The notes: generated from the letters alone by a model not told the origin. A stretch of DNA of 32,000 nt from Nostoc sp. PCC 7120 = FACHB-418 (GCF_000009705.1 NC_003272.1:5580001-5612000); one strand, 5' to 3'; positions 17,233-25,595 are shown, numbered from the stretch's first letter. A program made the numbers and translations.

Positions 17233-18858
17233 ATGTCGTATAAATCGCAGTCGTTGCCAAATATTTGGCGACAAATCAGTTTATCAGCAGCCTTTCCTTA
17301 CATTAGTTTGCTGATTTGGACAGTTCCCTTATTACTTTTTAGTTCCGGGGAAAATAGTTTAATCGCTCATGACGAAGGGCTTTATGCTTGGCGATCGCGT
17401 CAAATATTGGACTCTGGTAATTGGGTGTCCGGTTGGGGTTCCATGCACCATAAAACCCCTGGGCCTTATTGGTTAATTGCTAGTTTCTACCAGTTATTTG
17501 GAGTCAATGAATTTAGTGTCAGACTACCTAGCATGATTTTTGGTGTTTTGTGCCTATTTCTTGTCTATGAAATTGGCAAGATTATGCTTGGTAAAACCTT
17601 AGCTTGGCTAAGTGCAGCAATTTTGAGTGTAGAATTTCTCTGGCTGCAATATAGCCGTTTAGGCAATCCTGATCTGCCGATGATTTTCTTGGTACTTTTA
17701 GCTATTTACTTACTTATTCAAGCAGAATTACATCCTCAATATAGAGATTATTTTAGTTTTATTGTTGGGTTAAGTTTGGGTTTAGGTTTCTTGATGAGAA
17801 GCTTTGTGATTTTTCTCCCGACTGTAGCTTTATTACCTTATTTAATAACAGAACATCGTCGTCATCGTCATTTGACTAACCCTTGGTTGTACTTGGGTGT
17901 AGTTATTGGTTTTATTCCCATATTGATTTGGTCATGGTTCAATTGGCAACGCGACGGCAATAATACTTTCACTCATCTAGTTAACTTTGTATTTCTTCTT
18001 GGCTCAGAAGAGCGTGATGGTAATGGGATATTATTTTATTTTTGGAATACCCTTTTAAAAGCTTTCCCCTGGCCATGTTTTAGTCTTTTAGGATTATTAT
18101 TAATTATTCGTCGTCCTTGGCATCGTTATAATTTGATCCTGATTGGGTTTCCTATTGTATTATTGGCAGAACTCACCATTTTTTCTACTCGTTTATCTCA
18201 CTACGCTTTGAGTCTTTATCCTTTCATCGCTTTACTAGCAGCTGTTGGTTTGGACTGGTTGGGTAAAGTGTATGAGATGGAATATACAAAAAGAAAATCC
18301 TTGTGGCGCAAGGGTAATATTCCTCAGATTCTCAGTTATACTTCTGGTGCATTAGGCATTTTATTTTTGTTAGCTGCTATAGCTAACTTCATCTGGGGCT
18401 TTGTCGATCGCAAGTATGCAGTTATTGCTTGGGTTGTAGGTTTAAGTTGGTTTATTGTGCCAGTAGTCTGGATTAGCCGCCATAAACATGGTTTGAAGTT
18501 TCTTTCCGCAGGCTATTGGATTGCAGGTTGGCTAATTCCTTGCTGGTTAGCTTTGGCCTTTGCTGGTGACTTTGGCTTACTAGGTGACTATAATCCGGAT
18601 TTTCGCATTTTTTTCCAACAACCAGCGATCGCCTCTATCTTACAAAATCACCCCATCAACTTTGTACAAGTACACGATAAGAACTCTGTCTTGCTCAATT
18701 TTTACACTCCTGTTCATGGTCAAAAACTAGACACAATCGCTCAACTACCACCCTATAGCTATGCTTGGGTAGATAAAAATCACTCACCTGAAATATCCAG
18801 ACCACACCGCCTCATTGGTGAAGTGCGGAACTATGAGTTGATTCAAGTAACCCCATAA
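17233..18858 (+). CDS. ArnT/PMT-like (GT39/GT83-type) membrane glycosyltransferase
   Basis: At least 12 hydrophobic segments. The first-loop motif is AHDEGLYAWRSRQIL and the overall layout is that of dolichyl/undecaprenyl-phosphate-sugar transferases. The track start is TTG 17203, inside a repeat. I prefer the in-frame ATG at 17233 (MSYKSQ...) but the start is uncertain. Confidence 0.8.
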   Translation: MSYKSQSLPNIWRQISLSAAFPYISLLIWTVPLLLFSSGENSLIAHDEGLYAWRSRQILDSGNWVSGWGSMHHKTPGPYWLIASFYQLFGVNEFSVRLPSMIFGVLCLFLVYEIGKIMLGKTLAWLSAAILSVEFLWLQYSRLGNPDLPMIFLVLLAIYLLIQAELHPQYRDYFSFIVGLSLGLGFLMRSFVIFLPTVALLPYLITEHRRHRHLTNPWLYLGVVIGFIPILIWSWFNWQRDGNNTFTHLVNFVFLLGSEERDGNGILFYFWNTLLKAFPWPCFSLLGLLLIIRRPWHRYNLILIGFPIVLLAELTIFSTRLSHYALSLYPFIALLAAVGLDWLGKVYEMEYTKRKSLWRKGNIPQILSYTSGALGILFLLAAIANFIWGFVDRKYAVIAWVVGLSWFIVPVVWISRHKHGLKFLSAGYWIAGWLIPCWLALAFAGDFGLLGDYNPDFRIFFQQPAIASILQNHPINFVQVHDKNSVLLNFYTPVHGQKLDTIAQLPPYSYAWVDKNHSPEISRPHRLIGEVRNYELIQVTP

Positions 18859-18954
18859 GAGGAGACAGAGTGTAGAGGAAAAAGACCAATTACCATTGAC
18901 TATTAACTCTTCACCCCCCTATAATAAATATTACGCACGCTAAGTAATTGTCTC

Positions 18955-19422
18955 ATGATTGCCCAACCAGATCATTCACCAGCTTTAGATTCATGGCAGC
19001 AAAATCTGGCTCCCTACAATGTGGGCTATAGAATTAAATTACTTTCACAACTGCTTACCCGCAGGTTTACTGAAGTACTAGAACCCTTTGGACTGACTCC
19101 ATTTCATTGGCTAGTTTTATGCTGTCTGTGGCAAGAAGATGGTTTACCTACTTCGAGTATTGGGGATAAACTCAAGCAAGTTGGAGGTACGCTGACAGGT
19201 GTACTAGACCGCATGGAAGAACGGGGCTTGGTGCGTCGAGAAAGGGATCTACACGATCGCCGAATTTGGCGGATTTGGTTGACAAATGCAGGTAGGGACT
19301 TAGAAACGGTTTTACCGCCACTGGCCGCAGAACTACGGGATGAGGCGATGCAAGGGATTTCTGATGCTGACCGTGAACTATTTTCTCAGCTTTTAAACCG
19401 GGCGATCGCTAACCTCTCTTAA
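18955..19422 (+). CDS. MarR family transcriptional regulator
   Basis: 155 aa. The winged-helix region is LTGVLDRMEERGLVRRERDLHDRRIWRIWLT (MarR wing with DRR). Confidence 0.88.
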   Translation: MIAQPDHSPALDSWQQNLAPYNVGYRIKLLSQLLTRRFTEVLEPFGLTPFHWLVLCCLWQEDGLPTSSIGDKLKQVGGTLTGVLDRMEERGLVRRERDLHDRRIWRIWLTNAGRDLETVLPPLAAELRDEAMQGISDADRELFSQLLNRAIANLS

Positions 19423-20058
19423 ATATTTCTTAGGACTTACCCATGAAAACGGAAAACCAAGGGTTTGGACAAAGATATAGAGGTGTAAATATTTAAAACT
19501 ATTATACTCAGTCCCCACAGACAACCTCAGTGCGTAATTCCTATTTCTGTTCAAGAAATATCTCTAAATAACTTGCTCAATCAAGACATTAAGTAATCAC
19601 AACTTTCACTATACAAAGTGAATTAAAATTATTTATTTTAGGCTGGATATAGCCACGTATGTAGATGTAATTTATTATACGGTTACTGAACTGTAGATTA
19701 AAAGAAGAACCTTAACCTAAATTTGTACGAACTTTAACTCATTCTTTGCTTATAGTATATGCCTTCATAAGAAAATTATAAGGTGTTTACCATAAAATAC
19801 GGCAAATCTATCGGTGTTTAGATGTATCGATTCTATCTGCCCCAATCCAGAAGCCAAATAACAGGCTATCAACGGTTGCTGCTTCGTGTAATTAGGAGCG
19901 TAAATTCATGAAAATGCAGCTTTTACAATTACTTAAATGTTCAACAAAACAATCTGAAACTTACTCGCAGAAGCATTATTAAAGCTGTGTGTCTGCGTCA
20001 ACAGCAATGATATTCACCTTCTTGGTGTGGTGTTTTTTACGGAACTTGAGGAGTACAA

Positions 20059-20559
20059 ATGCTTGAGGCGATCGCTGTTGCTTGGCTATTGTTATTTTTT
20101 GGCGATTTCTTGTCTACATTTTTTTACCACGTACCTGAACACGTTTTTGGCAGTCTCCATTTAAAGACGCATCATTCATGGAAGAAAAACTTCCGTCACT
20201 ACGCTATTTTAACGTCCAATACCCAAGTTCTTTTAGATGGTATTTTGGGAGCTTTGCCTTATTTAATAGTAGCAGTAGTTCTCTATCCTTTCTCTCCCAT
20301 TGGCGTTATTTCTGGATTATTGTTAGGACAATTTCATGTATGGTGGAGACACGTAACAGCTTTAGGTTGGCAAACTCCAAAGTTGGTGAATATTTTATGT
20401 CAAATTCTGTTTATCACCACTCCTGAAAGACACTGGTTACATCATCAAAAAACTAACCTGGGTTTTGGTGATATCTTCACCGTCTTTGAGCAACCAGCAC
20501 AAGTTTGGCTGCGTTGGTTAAGATTATTAAGAGTGCGTTTGCGTTACTCCCGTATCTAA
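20059..20559 (+). CDS. Small membrane protein with four histidine boxes (fatty-acid-hydroxylase/desaturase-like di-iron superfamily candidate)
   Basis: 166 aa with about 4 hydrophobic segments. His boxes are HVPEH, HLKTHH, HVWWRH and HWLHH. GAGGAG lies 6-11 nt upstream of the ATG. Confidence 0.55.
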   Translation: MLEAIAVAWLLLFFGDFLSTFFYHVPEHVFGSLHLKTHHSWKKNFRHYAILTSNTQVLLDGILGALPYLIVAVVLYPFSPIGVISGLLLGQFHVWWRHVTALGWQTPKLVNILCQILFITTPERHWLHHQKTNLGFGDIFTVFEQPAQVWLRWLRLLRVRLRYSRI

Positions 20560-20569
20560 TGCTAAATAT

Positions 20570-20594
20570 CCCTGACTTCTTCAAGAAGTCGGGG
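20570..20594. terminator. Hairpin repeat CCCTGACTTCTT-c-AAGAAGTCGGGG between convergent genes (possible bidirectional terminator)
   Basis: 12 complementary positions including one G-U pair. It starts 11 nt after the stop at 20559 and lies about 50 nt past the CYTH stop. No tight U-tract follows on either strand. The sequence is of the common Nostoc PDFFKKSG repeat type. Confidence 0.4.
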
Positions 20595-20642
20595 AGTCAA
20601 TTTGGAATAACTTATTTTTTTGGTGTTACCTAATTACAGATA

Positions 20643-21104
20643 TCACCATTGCGAAAAAGGGTGTTTAACTAAATAACTATTGAAATATCGGTTATCTCCA
20701 GTGACTTCTGTGCCAATCCAGTGAGGGATTTCAATCTGTTGTGCTTCATCGGTAAGTTCAACTTCTGCTAATATCAAGCCTTGATTGACTCCGGCAAACT
20801 CGTCTATTTCCCAAACTAAACCAGCTACCTCGATTTTATACCTGATTTTTTCGATAAAGGGGCGATCGCACAAAGTATCCAACATTTCCTGGGCATCTGC
20901 AAGAGGAATAAGATACTCAAACTCTGAACGGGAGAAATTGACTGTGGGGCCTTTAATAGTTAAATAACCTTGATTACCAACTACACGAATACGCACAGTA
21001 GCCCCCTGAGAAGGAATGTATCCTTGACGATATGCACTACCTTCAGCTAGCTGTCGCCAATCATCTCCGTTGACTAAAAATTTTCGCTCGATTTCTTGTG
21101 CCAT
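20643..21104 (-). CDS. CYTH domain protein (triphosphate tunnel metalloenzyme)
   Basis: 153 aa. The N-terminal EIERKFLV (ExExK) signature and the overall length are typical of CYTH. Confidence 0.88.
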   Translation of the reverse strand: MAQEIERKFLVNGDDWRQLAEGSAYRQGYIPSQGATVRIRVVGNQGYLTIKGPTVNFSRSEFEYLIPLADAQEMLDTLCDRPFIEKIRYKIEVAGLVWEIDEFAGVNQGLILAEVELTDEAQQIEIPHWIGTEVTGDNRYFNSYLVKHPFSQW

Positions 21105-21361
21105 TGTGCCTTGAGATTACTTATCGATGAGCTACTGTCTCGAACTGTTAACTCTGATTTTACGGGTATTTTGATGGTTTTCCCTGGCAAATTACCTTCC
21201 CGTCAACTGTTTTGCCATCGTCATAGATAGAAGATGAACTACCCCATCTAAGTTTAGGGCTTCTTTGGCAGCAAAAGGAATTAACCAACAACCACCCTAA
21301 TAGGGTTTAATAAAAAAGCGTTCAACCCTAAGAATAGCCAATAGTGAGTTTTAATATTTGA

Positions 21362-21661
21362 ATGAGTAAATTTTCTATCGATATTGATTTTAGCCATGTA
21401 GACTTATCTTCTTTGGAAACCGAGGAAGATTTGCGTATTGAAGCCAAAAAATTACTCCCTGCTGCACTTGTCCAGCATGGTGAAGCTGTAGCCCTGCAAA
21501 CCTGGGAAGAAATGCAAAAAAACTTTTCTGGTAAATTGTCCCCAGCCGAGAAACGTAAATTTATTCAACAAACAGGGAAGAACTATCAACGCTCTGCCAG
21601 TAACCGAGAAAAACAAGAACTCGAAGACCATATAGTAGAGCAGCTACGCCAGCAAAAGTAA
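21362..21661 (+). CDS. Hypothetical small protein
   Basis: 99 aa, charged and helical-looking, with no motif recognised. It ends 63 nt upstream of arfB on the same strand. Coding status is uncertain. Confidence 0.45.
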   Translation: MSKFSIDIDFSHVDLSSLETEEDLRIEAKKLLPAALVQHGEAVALQTWEEMQKNFSGKLSPAEKRKFIQQTGKNYQRSASNREKQELEDHIVEQLRQQK

Positions 21662-21724
21662 TTTAGAGGCGATGGTCTTTGAGCAACCAAAGGCGATCGC
21701 CCCTTTAATGCTATACATAAAGTT

Positions 21725-22138
21725 ATGCTGCAAATTTCCCAGAAAATCATCATCCCCGATAGCGAAATTGAAATTAGCGCCATTCGCTCCCAAGGCGCGG
21801 GAGGGCAAAATGTCAACAAAGTTTCCACTGCTATCCACCTACGCTTCAACATAGAAGCTTCATCCTTACCAACCTTCTATAAAGAGCAGCTTTTGAAGTT
21901 GAATGACCGACGCATTAACCAAGAGGGAGTCGTTGTCATCAAGGCTCAAGAACACCGTAGCCAGGAGCAAAACAAAGAAGAAGCTCTGCAACGCCTCAAA
22001 GAACTCATCAAAGGCGCGGTCATACTACCCCAACCACGCAAACCTACTAAACCAACTCGTGGTTCTCAAAAAAGACGACTTGACAGTAAAACTAAGCGAG
22101 CAGAGATTAAGTCGATGAGAAGGCAGGTTACCGATTAG
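21725..22138 (+). CDS. arfB: Alternative ribosome-rescue factor ArfB (peptidyl-tRNA hydrolase, YaeJ family)
   Basis: 137 aa. GGQ motif in SQGAGGQNVNKVSTA (GGQ = 21800..21808) and a basic C-terminal tail KPTKPTRGSQKRRLDSKTKRAEIK. Confidence 0.92.
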   Translation: MLQISQKIIIPDSEIEISAIRSQGAGGQNVNKVSTAIHLRFNIEASSLPTFYKEQLLKLNDRRINQEGVVVIKAQEHRSQEQNKEEALQRLKELIKGAVILPQPRKPTKPTRGSQKRRLDSKTKRAEIKSMRRQVTD

Positions 22139-22163
22139 AGGAAAAGTAGGGAGTGGAAAAATT

Positions 22164-22191
22164 ACTGATGACTGTTGACGGTTGACTGATG
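22164..22191. repeat. STRR array (ACTGATG ACTGTTG ACGGTTG ACTGATG)
   Basis: Four tandem heptamers between the arfB stop and the fibrillin stop. A fifth, degenerate unit overlaps the fibrillin stop codon. Confidence 0.75.
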
Positions 22192-22195
22192 ATCG

Positions 22196-22834
22196 TTACT
22201 TACATAGTTCATCAGATTTTTGCAAAATAAACAAACTACCGTCGCCCCCGCGTCCAATTCTTAAGGTTTCGTCTAAGTAAGTAATGTCAAGGCTGGCAAC
22301 TCTACCTTGAGGATTGTTCGCTGACACAACCTTAAATGGGTTGAGTTGGGGGGTATCAAAGCCAATAATCTTCTCGATGGATAGATAGCGTTTGTCAAAA
22401 TATACGTTGATACGTTTGTCCGGTGCAGATGATTTATCATCTATCGCAGGCTCAAACCTAGCTGTAACTTTCACGTATCCTGATATTAATCCCAGAGAAT
22501 GCTGCACAAAAGCTAAATTAAAAAACAATTTATTGGCAACATCGATCACTTGATAAACTTTACCTACCTTGAGTCCTAATGGCAGGGAATCCAAAGACCG
22601 GATTTCTCTGGCTGTGGAGTATTGAAGTTGCCAAGCACCCTCCAGCAAAGCAGTAGCATTCAACAGGGGCTGGGGATTGGGGTTGCAGCTTTCTAATTCC
22701 GTTGTTATCTGTTCGATTTCTGCGGCGATAGTTTTATCTAGCTTCACATTAGTAACAGGAGAGCCAGAAAGGTTAATTTGAATCTCCGCCAGTTTCGCTT
22801 GTAGTTTTTCTTTTAATGAAAATCGGTTAGTCAA
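22196..22834 (-). CDS. PAP/fibrillin family protein
   Basis: 212 aa. LEGAWQLQYSTA, VGKVYQVIDV and LDITYLDETLRIGRGGDGSLFILQK are the hallmark fibrillin strands. The only upstream start in frame is TTG at 22834, and an internal GTG (NVKL) is an alternative, so the start is uncertain. Confidence 0.82.
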   Translation of the reverse strand: MTNRFSLKEKLQAKLAEIQINLSGSPVTNVKLDKTIAAEIEQITTELESCNPNPQPLLNATALLEGAWQLQYSTAREIRSLDSLPLGLKVGKVYQVIDVANKLFFNLAFVQHSLGLISGYVKVTARFEPAIDDKSSAPDKRINVYFDKRYLSIEKIIGFDTPQLNPFKVVSANNPQGRVASLDITYLDETLRIGRGGDGSLFILQKSDELCK

Positions 22835-22903
22835 GGCTTGAATATTTCCTTTTGAGAACTCATAGTTTTTAGGGACTTGCAGATAAAAAATTATTCTGAA
22901 TTA

Positions 22904-23689
22904 TCAGCTATCTCCAGCCGTGCGGAACAGATGACTATGCTCAGGATGATATAAGCGCGATCGCCCGGTGGTGTGTGATAATGCAGGACTAATCACATAT
23001 AACGTGGTGCGAATCAGATTTTCTCGCTGAGTACAGTCTGCCATCTCCTGGAGAGGAACTACACGAATTTTTTCATCTGGCCATCCTATGCGAAAGCAAA
23101 TAGCTACAGGTGTATCTGGGGGATAGTGTTCTAGTAGTTTAGCTTGAGCATTTTCTACATGGCGCGCACTCAGATATAAGCATAAACTAGCTTGATGTGC
23201 TGCGAGGCTGGCTAATTCTTCTGTATGTGGGACTTGTGTTCGTCCACTAATGCGCGTCAGAATGATTGTCTGGACTAAACCAGGAACAGTCAATTCTACC
23301 TTCAGTTTGGCGGCTGCGGCTTGGAAAACACTAATACCAGGAATAACTTCAAAAGGAATATTAGCTGCCGCCAGGAGCTGCATTTGCTCATTAATTGCGC
23401 TGTAGAGACTGGGATCACCTGAGTGGAGACGTACTACAGATTTTTGCGATCGCACCCTTGCGATCATCAAAGGTATAATCTCCTCCAAAGTTTTGTTCGC
23501 AGTCTGAATAATTTCTGCATCTTTGCGGCAAAACTGCAAAAGCTCTTCTGGTATTAACGAATCTGCGAATAAAATTACATCTGCTACTGACAGTAATTTT
23601 TGGGCTTTAATTGTCAGTAAATCTGGGTCTCCAGGCCCTGCGCCTACAATATACACGGCGGAAGCTAGGGAATTTACATGATTTTGCAT
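22904..23689 (-). CDS. cobM: Precorrin-4 C11-methyltransferase
   Basis: 261 aa. VYIVGAGPGDPDLLTIKA and LHSGDPSLYSAI, with the tetrapyrrole methylase fold at CobM/CbiF length. Confidence 0.9.
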   Translation of the reverse strand: MQNHVNSLASAVYIVGAGPGDPDLLTIKAQKLLSVADVILFADSLIPEELLQFCRKDAEIIQTANKTLEEIIPLMIARVRSQKSVVRLHSGDPSLYSAINEQMQLLAAANIPFEVIPGISVFQAAAAKLKVELTVPGLVQTIILTRISGRTQVPHTEELASLAAHQASLCLYLSARHVENAQAKLLEHYPPDTPVAICFRIGWPDEKIRVVPLQEMADCTQRENLIRTTLYVISPALSHTTGRSRLYHPEHSHLFRTAGDS

Positions 23690-23826
23690 ACAAAGTTCTA
23701 TATAAAATCTAAGTAATTATCAGTAGACATAAAAAAATCAAAAAATTTTTTGAGAATTTGCTCGGTATCTTTCCGGATTATCCCTCTAGCCATAGTAGAG
23801 AGTAATGGTAGATGCACCCTGGTTAA

Positions 23827-23861
23827 GCCCTAGAAATCATTCTGGGGCATTTTTTATTTTT
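23827..23861 (+). terminator. Orphan plus-strand intrinsic-terminator-like hairpin
   Basis: GCCCTAG aaatcatt CTGGGGC (7 bp including one G-U) followed by ATTTTTTATTTTT. No plus-strand gene lies upstream. It sits between cobM and lgt, which are both on the minus strand. Confidence 0.4.
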
Positions 23862-23894
23862 GGTAATTGGTAATTAGGAAGGGATATAAATTCT

Positions 23895-23932
23895 CCCCCT
23901 ACCCCTCTACCTCCCCTGCTCCCCCTGCCCCC
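23895..23932. repeat. C-run cluster (five C4-5 runs; G-quadruplex motif on the minus strand)
   Basis: CCCCCtaCCCCtctacctCCCCtgctCCCCCtgCCCCC, ending 9 nt downstream of the lgt stop codon. Confidence 0.6.
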
Positions 23933-23940
23933 TACAGCCT

Positions 23941-24792
23941 CTACTCCCCAGTATCTTTGGCAGAAGGAACAACGTCAGGTAAAGGACGTTTGCGAACGTA
24001 CAACCAAGCTAATCCGGCTAATCCTAAAGCAATACCTGTCAGACTGACAACTTGTGCGATGCGTAGCGGCCCAAGCATTAAGCTATCTGTCCGTAGACCT
24101 TCAATCCATAAGCGTCCTAAGCTGTAAGTTGCTAGGTAAACCATGAATAATGTACCTACTTTTAAGCGTGGTTTGCCAGCTAAACTACGAAAGAATAAAG
24201 TAATTAACAAGGCAAAAACCATTAAGTCCCAAATGGATTCATAAAGGAACGTGGGGTGAAAGTACTCAAAACTGACTAAATCTGGCGGACGGCGTTCTAT
24301 GGGAATGTATAGCTTCCAGGGTAAATTTGTAGGACGACCAAAAGCTTCTGAGTTGAAAAAATTACCCCAACGCCCGATCGCTTGCCCTAAAATAAGTGAA
24401 GGAGCCACCAAATCAGCTAATTGCCAAAACGGAACTCGCTTGAGCTTGGCAAAAATTAACGCTGCTAGAGTCCCGCCAATAATCGCTCCGTGAATCGCAA
24501 TTCCCCCCTGCCAAATCGCAATAATCCGTTCTGGATGCTGGGCATACTCTGACCATTGAAACAAAACGTAATAAATCCGGGCTGCCGGAATCGCCCCAAT
24601 CACCAGCCAAATTGACAAGTCGCTGAGTAAGTCAGGATTTACCTGTCGGCGCTTTGCCAAATATTGAGAAAGGCTAACACCAATTAGCACAGCCGTAGCA
24701 ATCAATAAGCCATACCAGCGAATAGTGATTGGGCCTATTTCTACCAGAACCGGCCCTGGAGAAGTAAACAGAAACGCCAAAGGCAATGCCAT
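23941..24792 (-). CDS. lgt: Prolipoprotein diacylglyceryl transferase
   Basis: 283 aa. [15 protein letters not shown] and [13 protein letters not shown] are Lgt signatures, and the protein is polytopic. Confidence 0.93.
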   Translation of the reverse strand: MALPLAFLFTSPGPVLVEIGPITIRWYGLLIATAVLIGVSLSQYLAKRRQVNPDLLSDLSIWLVIGAIPAARIYYVLFQWSEYAQHPERIIAIWQGGIAIHGAIIGGTLAALIFAKLKRVPFWQLADLVAPSLILGQAIGRWGNFFNSEAFGRPTNLPWKLYIPIERRPPDLVSFEYFHPTFLYESIWDLMVFALLITLFFRSLAGKPRLKVGTLFMVYLATYSLGRLWIEGLRTDSLMLGPLRIAQVVSLTGIALGLAGLAWLYVRKRPLPDVVPSAKDTGE

Positions 24793-24820
24793 GTAAAATT
24801 ACCCAAATAAATATTATGAG

Positions 24821-24933
24821 TCCATAGTCAATAGTCCATAGTCAACAGTCCATAGTCAACAGTCCATAGTCAACAGTCCATAGTCAACAGTCCATAGTCA
24901 ACAGTCCATAGTCAACAGTCCATAGTCAACAGT
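24821..24933. repeat. Tandem 14-mer (two heptamers) TCCATAGTCAACAG x8 (first unit TCCATAGTCAATAG)
   Basis: Read directly from the sequence; the units are perfect apart from the first. They contain the CAACAGT STRR heptamer. Confidence 0.95.
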
Positions 24934-24980
24934 CTCCTTCTCCCCATTCCCCATTCCCCATTCCCCATTCCCCATTCCCC
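24934..24980. repeat. Tandem heptamer TCCCCAT x5 plus partial units (six C4 runs)
   Basis: ctccttc tccccat x5 tcccc. The complement is (GGGGAAT)n. It abuts a consensus TATAAT at 24984..24989. Confidence 0.95.
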
Positions 24981-25019
24981 GGATATAATCACCTCAATAA
25001 CATTGATACATCTAAGATT

Positions 25020-25595
25020 GTGATTGCTATTTATCCTGGTAGCTTTGATCCGATCACTTTAGGACACCTCGATATTATTCAGCGTGGTAGCCGTTTGTTT
25101 GATCTGGTGATTGTCGCCGTCTTGCGAAATCCGAGTAAAGTACCATTATTTAGCGTACAGGAACGCCTAGAACAGATTCGTAGAACCACTAAGCATTTAC
25201 CAAACGTAGAAGCCGATGGTTTTGATGGTCTGACCGTTAATTATGCCCAACAGCGACAAGCACAGGTTTTATTACGGGGTTTACGGGCGATTTCTGATTT
25301 TGAGGTCGAGTTACAAATGGCCCATACTAATAAAACTCTTTCTACTCAAATTGAGACAGTTTTTTTAGCAACATCAAATGAGTATAGTTTTTTAAGTAGT
25401 AGTGTGGTAAAAGAGATTGCAAGATTTGGTGGTTCCGTCGATCATCTTGTCCCCCCACACATAGCTTTAGATATATACAAATGCTACAACCACAATTATC
25501 CAACGGCGAATCCAACTACAATGGAAATTACCCCCCCTCACCAGAATATGGCAACGGTAGCCCCCCAGGAGATACTCCAGGAACAGGAAACGTAG
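25020..25595 (+). CDS. coaD: Phosphopantetheine adenylyltransferase with an unusual ~30-aa C-terminal extension
   Basis: GTG start. [22 protein letters not shown] (T/HxGH nucleotidyltransferase motif) and [13 protein letters not shown]. Homology to the roughly 160-aa canonical CoaD ends near DIYKCY. The tail overlaps the next ORF. Confidence 0.9.
   Translation: MIAIYPGSFDPITLGHLDIIQRGSRLFDLVIVAVLRNPSKVPLFSVQERLEQIRRTTKHLPNVEADGFDGLTVNYAQQRQAQVLLRGLRAISDFEVELQMAHTNKTLSTQIETVFLATSNEYSFLSSSVVKEIARFGGSVDHLVPPHIALDIYKCYNHNYPTANPTTMEITPPHQNMATVAPQEILQEQET

Noticed and set aside
19667-19680. NtcA-type site TGTA-N8-TAC (GTAATTTATTATAC)
   Set aside because: It matches GTA-N8-TAC. However, the only TAN3T box downstream (TAGATT at 19694) is 13 nt away rather than about 22 nt. 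The site is about 380 nt from the next start codon, and such matches are expected by chance in DNA this AT-rich.
21586-22118. Track ORFs 21586..21852(-), 21644..21838(-), 21672..21854(+) and 21903..22118(+)
   Set aside because: All overlap arfB or the 99-aa ORF in other frames or strands. arfB has an unambiguous GGQ domain, and the others have no motifs.
23690-23940. Cobalamin riboswitch upstream of cobM (minus strand)
   Set aside because: I reverse-complemented the leader and looked for the GGGAA...GGTG...AATCC core and a B12 box (AGYCMGG...CCTGCC-like). Only scattered fragments appear (GGTGC, GGGATAATCCGG), in the wrong order, and there is no B12 box. A covariance-model scan (Rfam RF00174) would be decisive.
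23867-24610. Track ORFs 23867..24127(+), 24299..24493(+) and 24413..24610(-)
   Set aside because: They are shadows of lgt. The first starts in the C-run repeat (PSTSPAPPAPYS), and none has independent support.
24821-24980. Could the regular repeat block be a CRISPR array?
   Set aside because: The units are 14 and 7 nt and directly abut each other with no unique spacers. CRISPR repeats are about 24-48 nt and separated by spacers. This is an STRR-type tandem repeat, and no cas genes are nearby.
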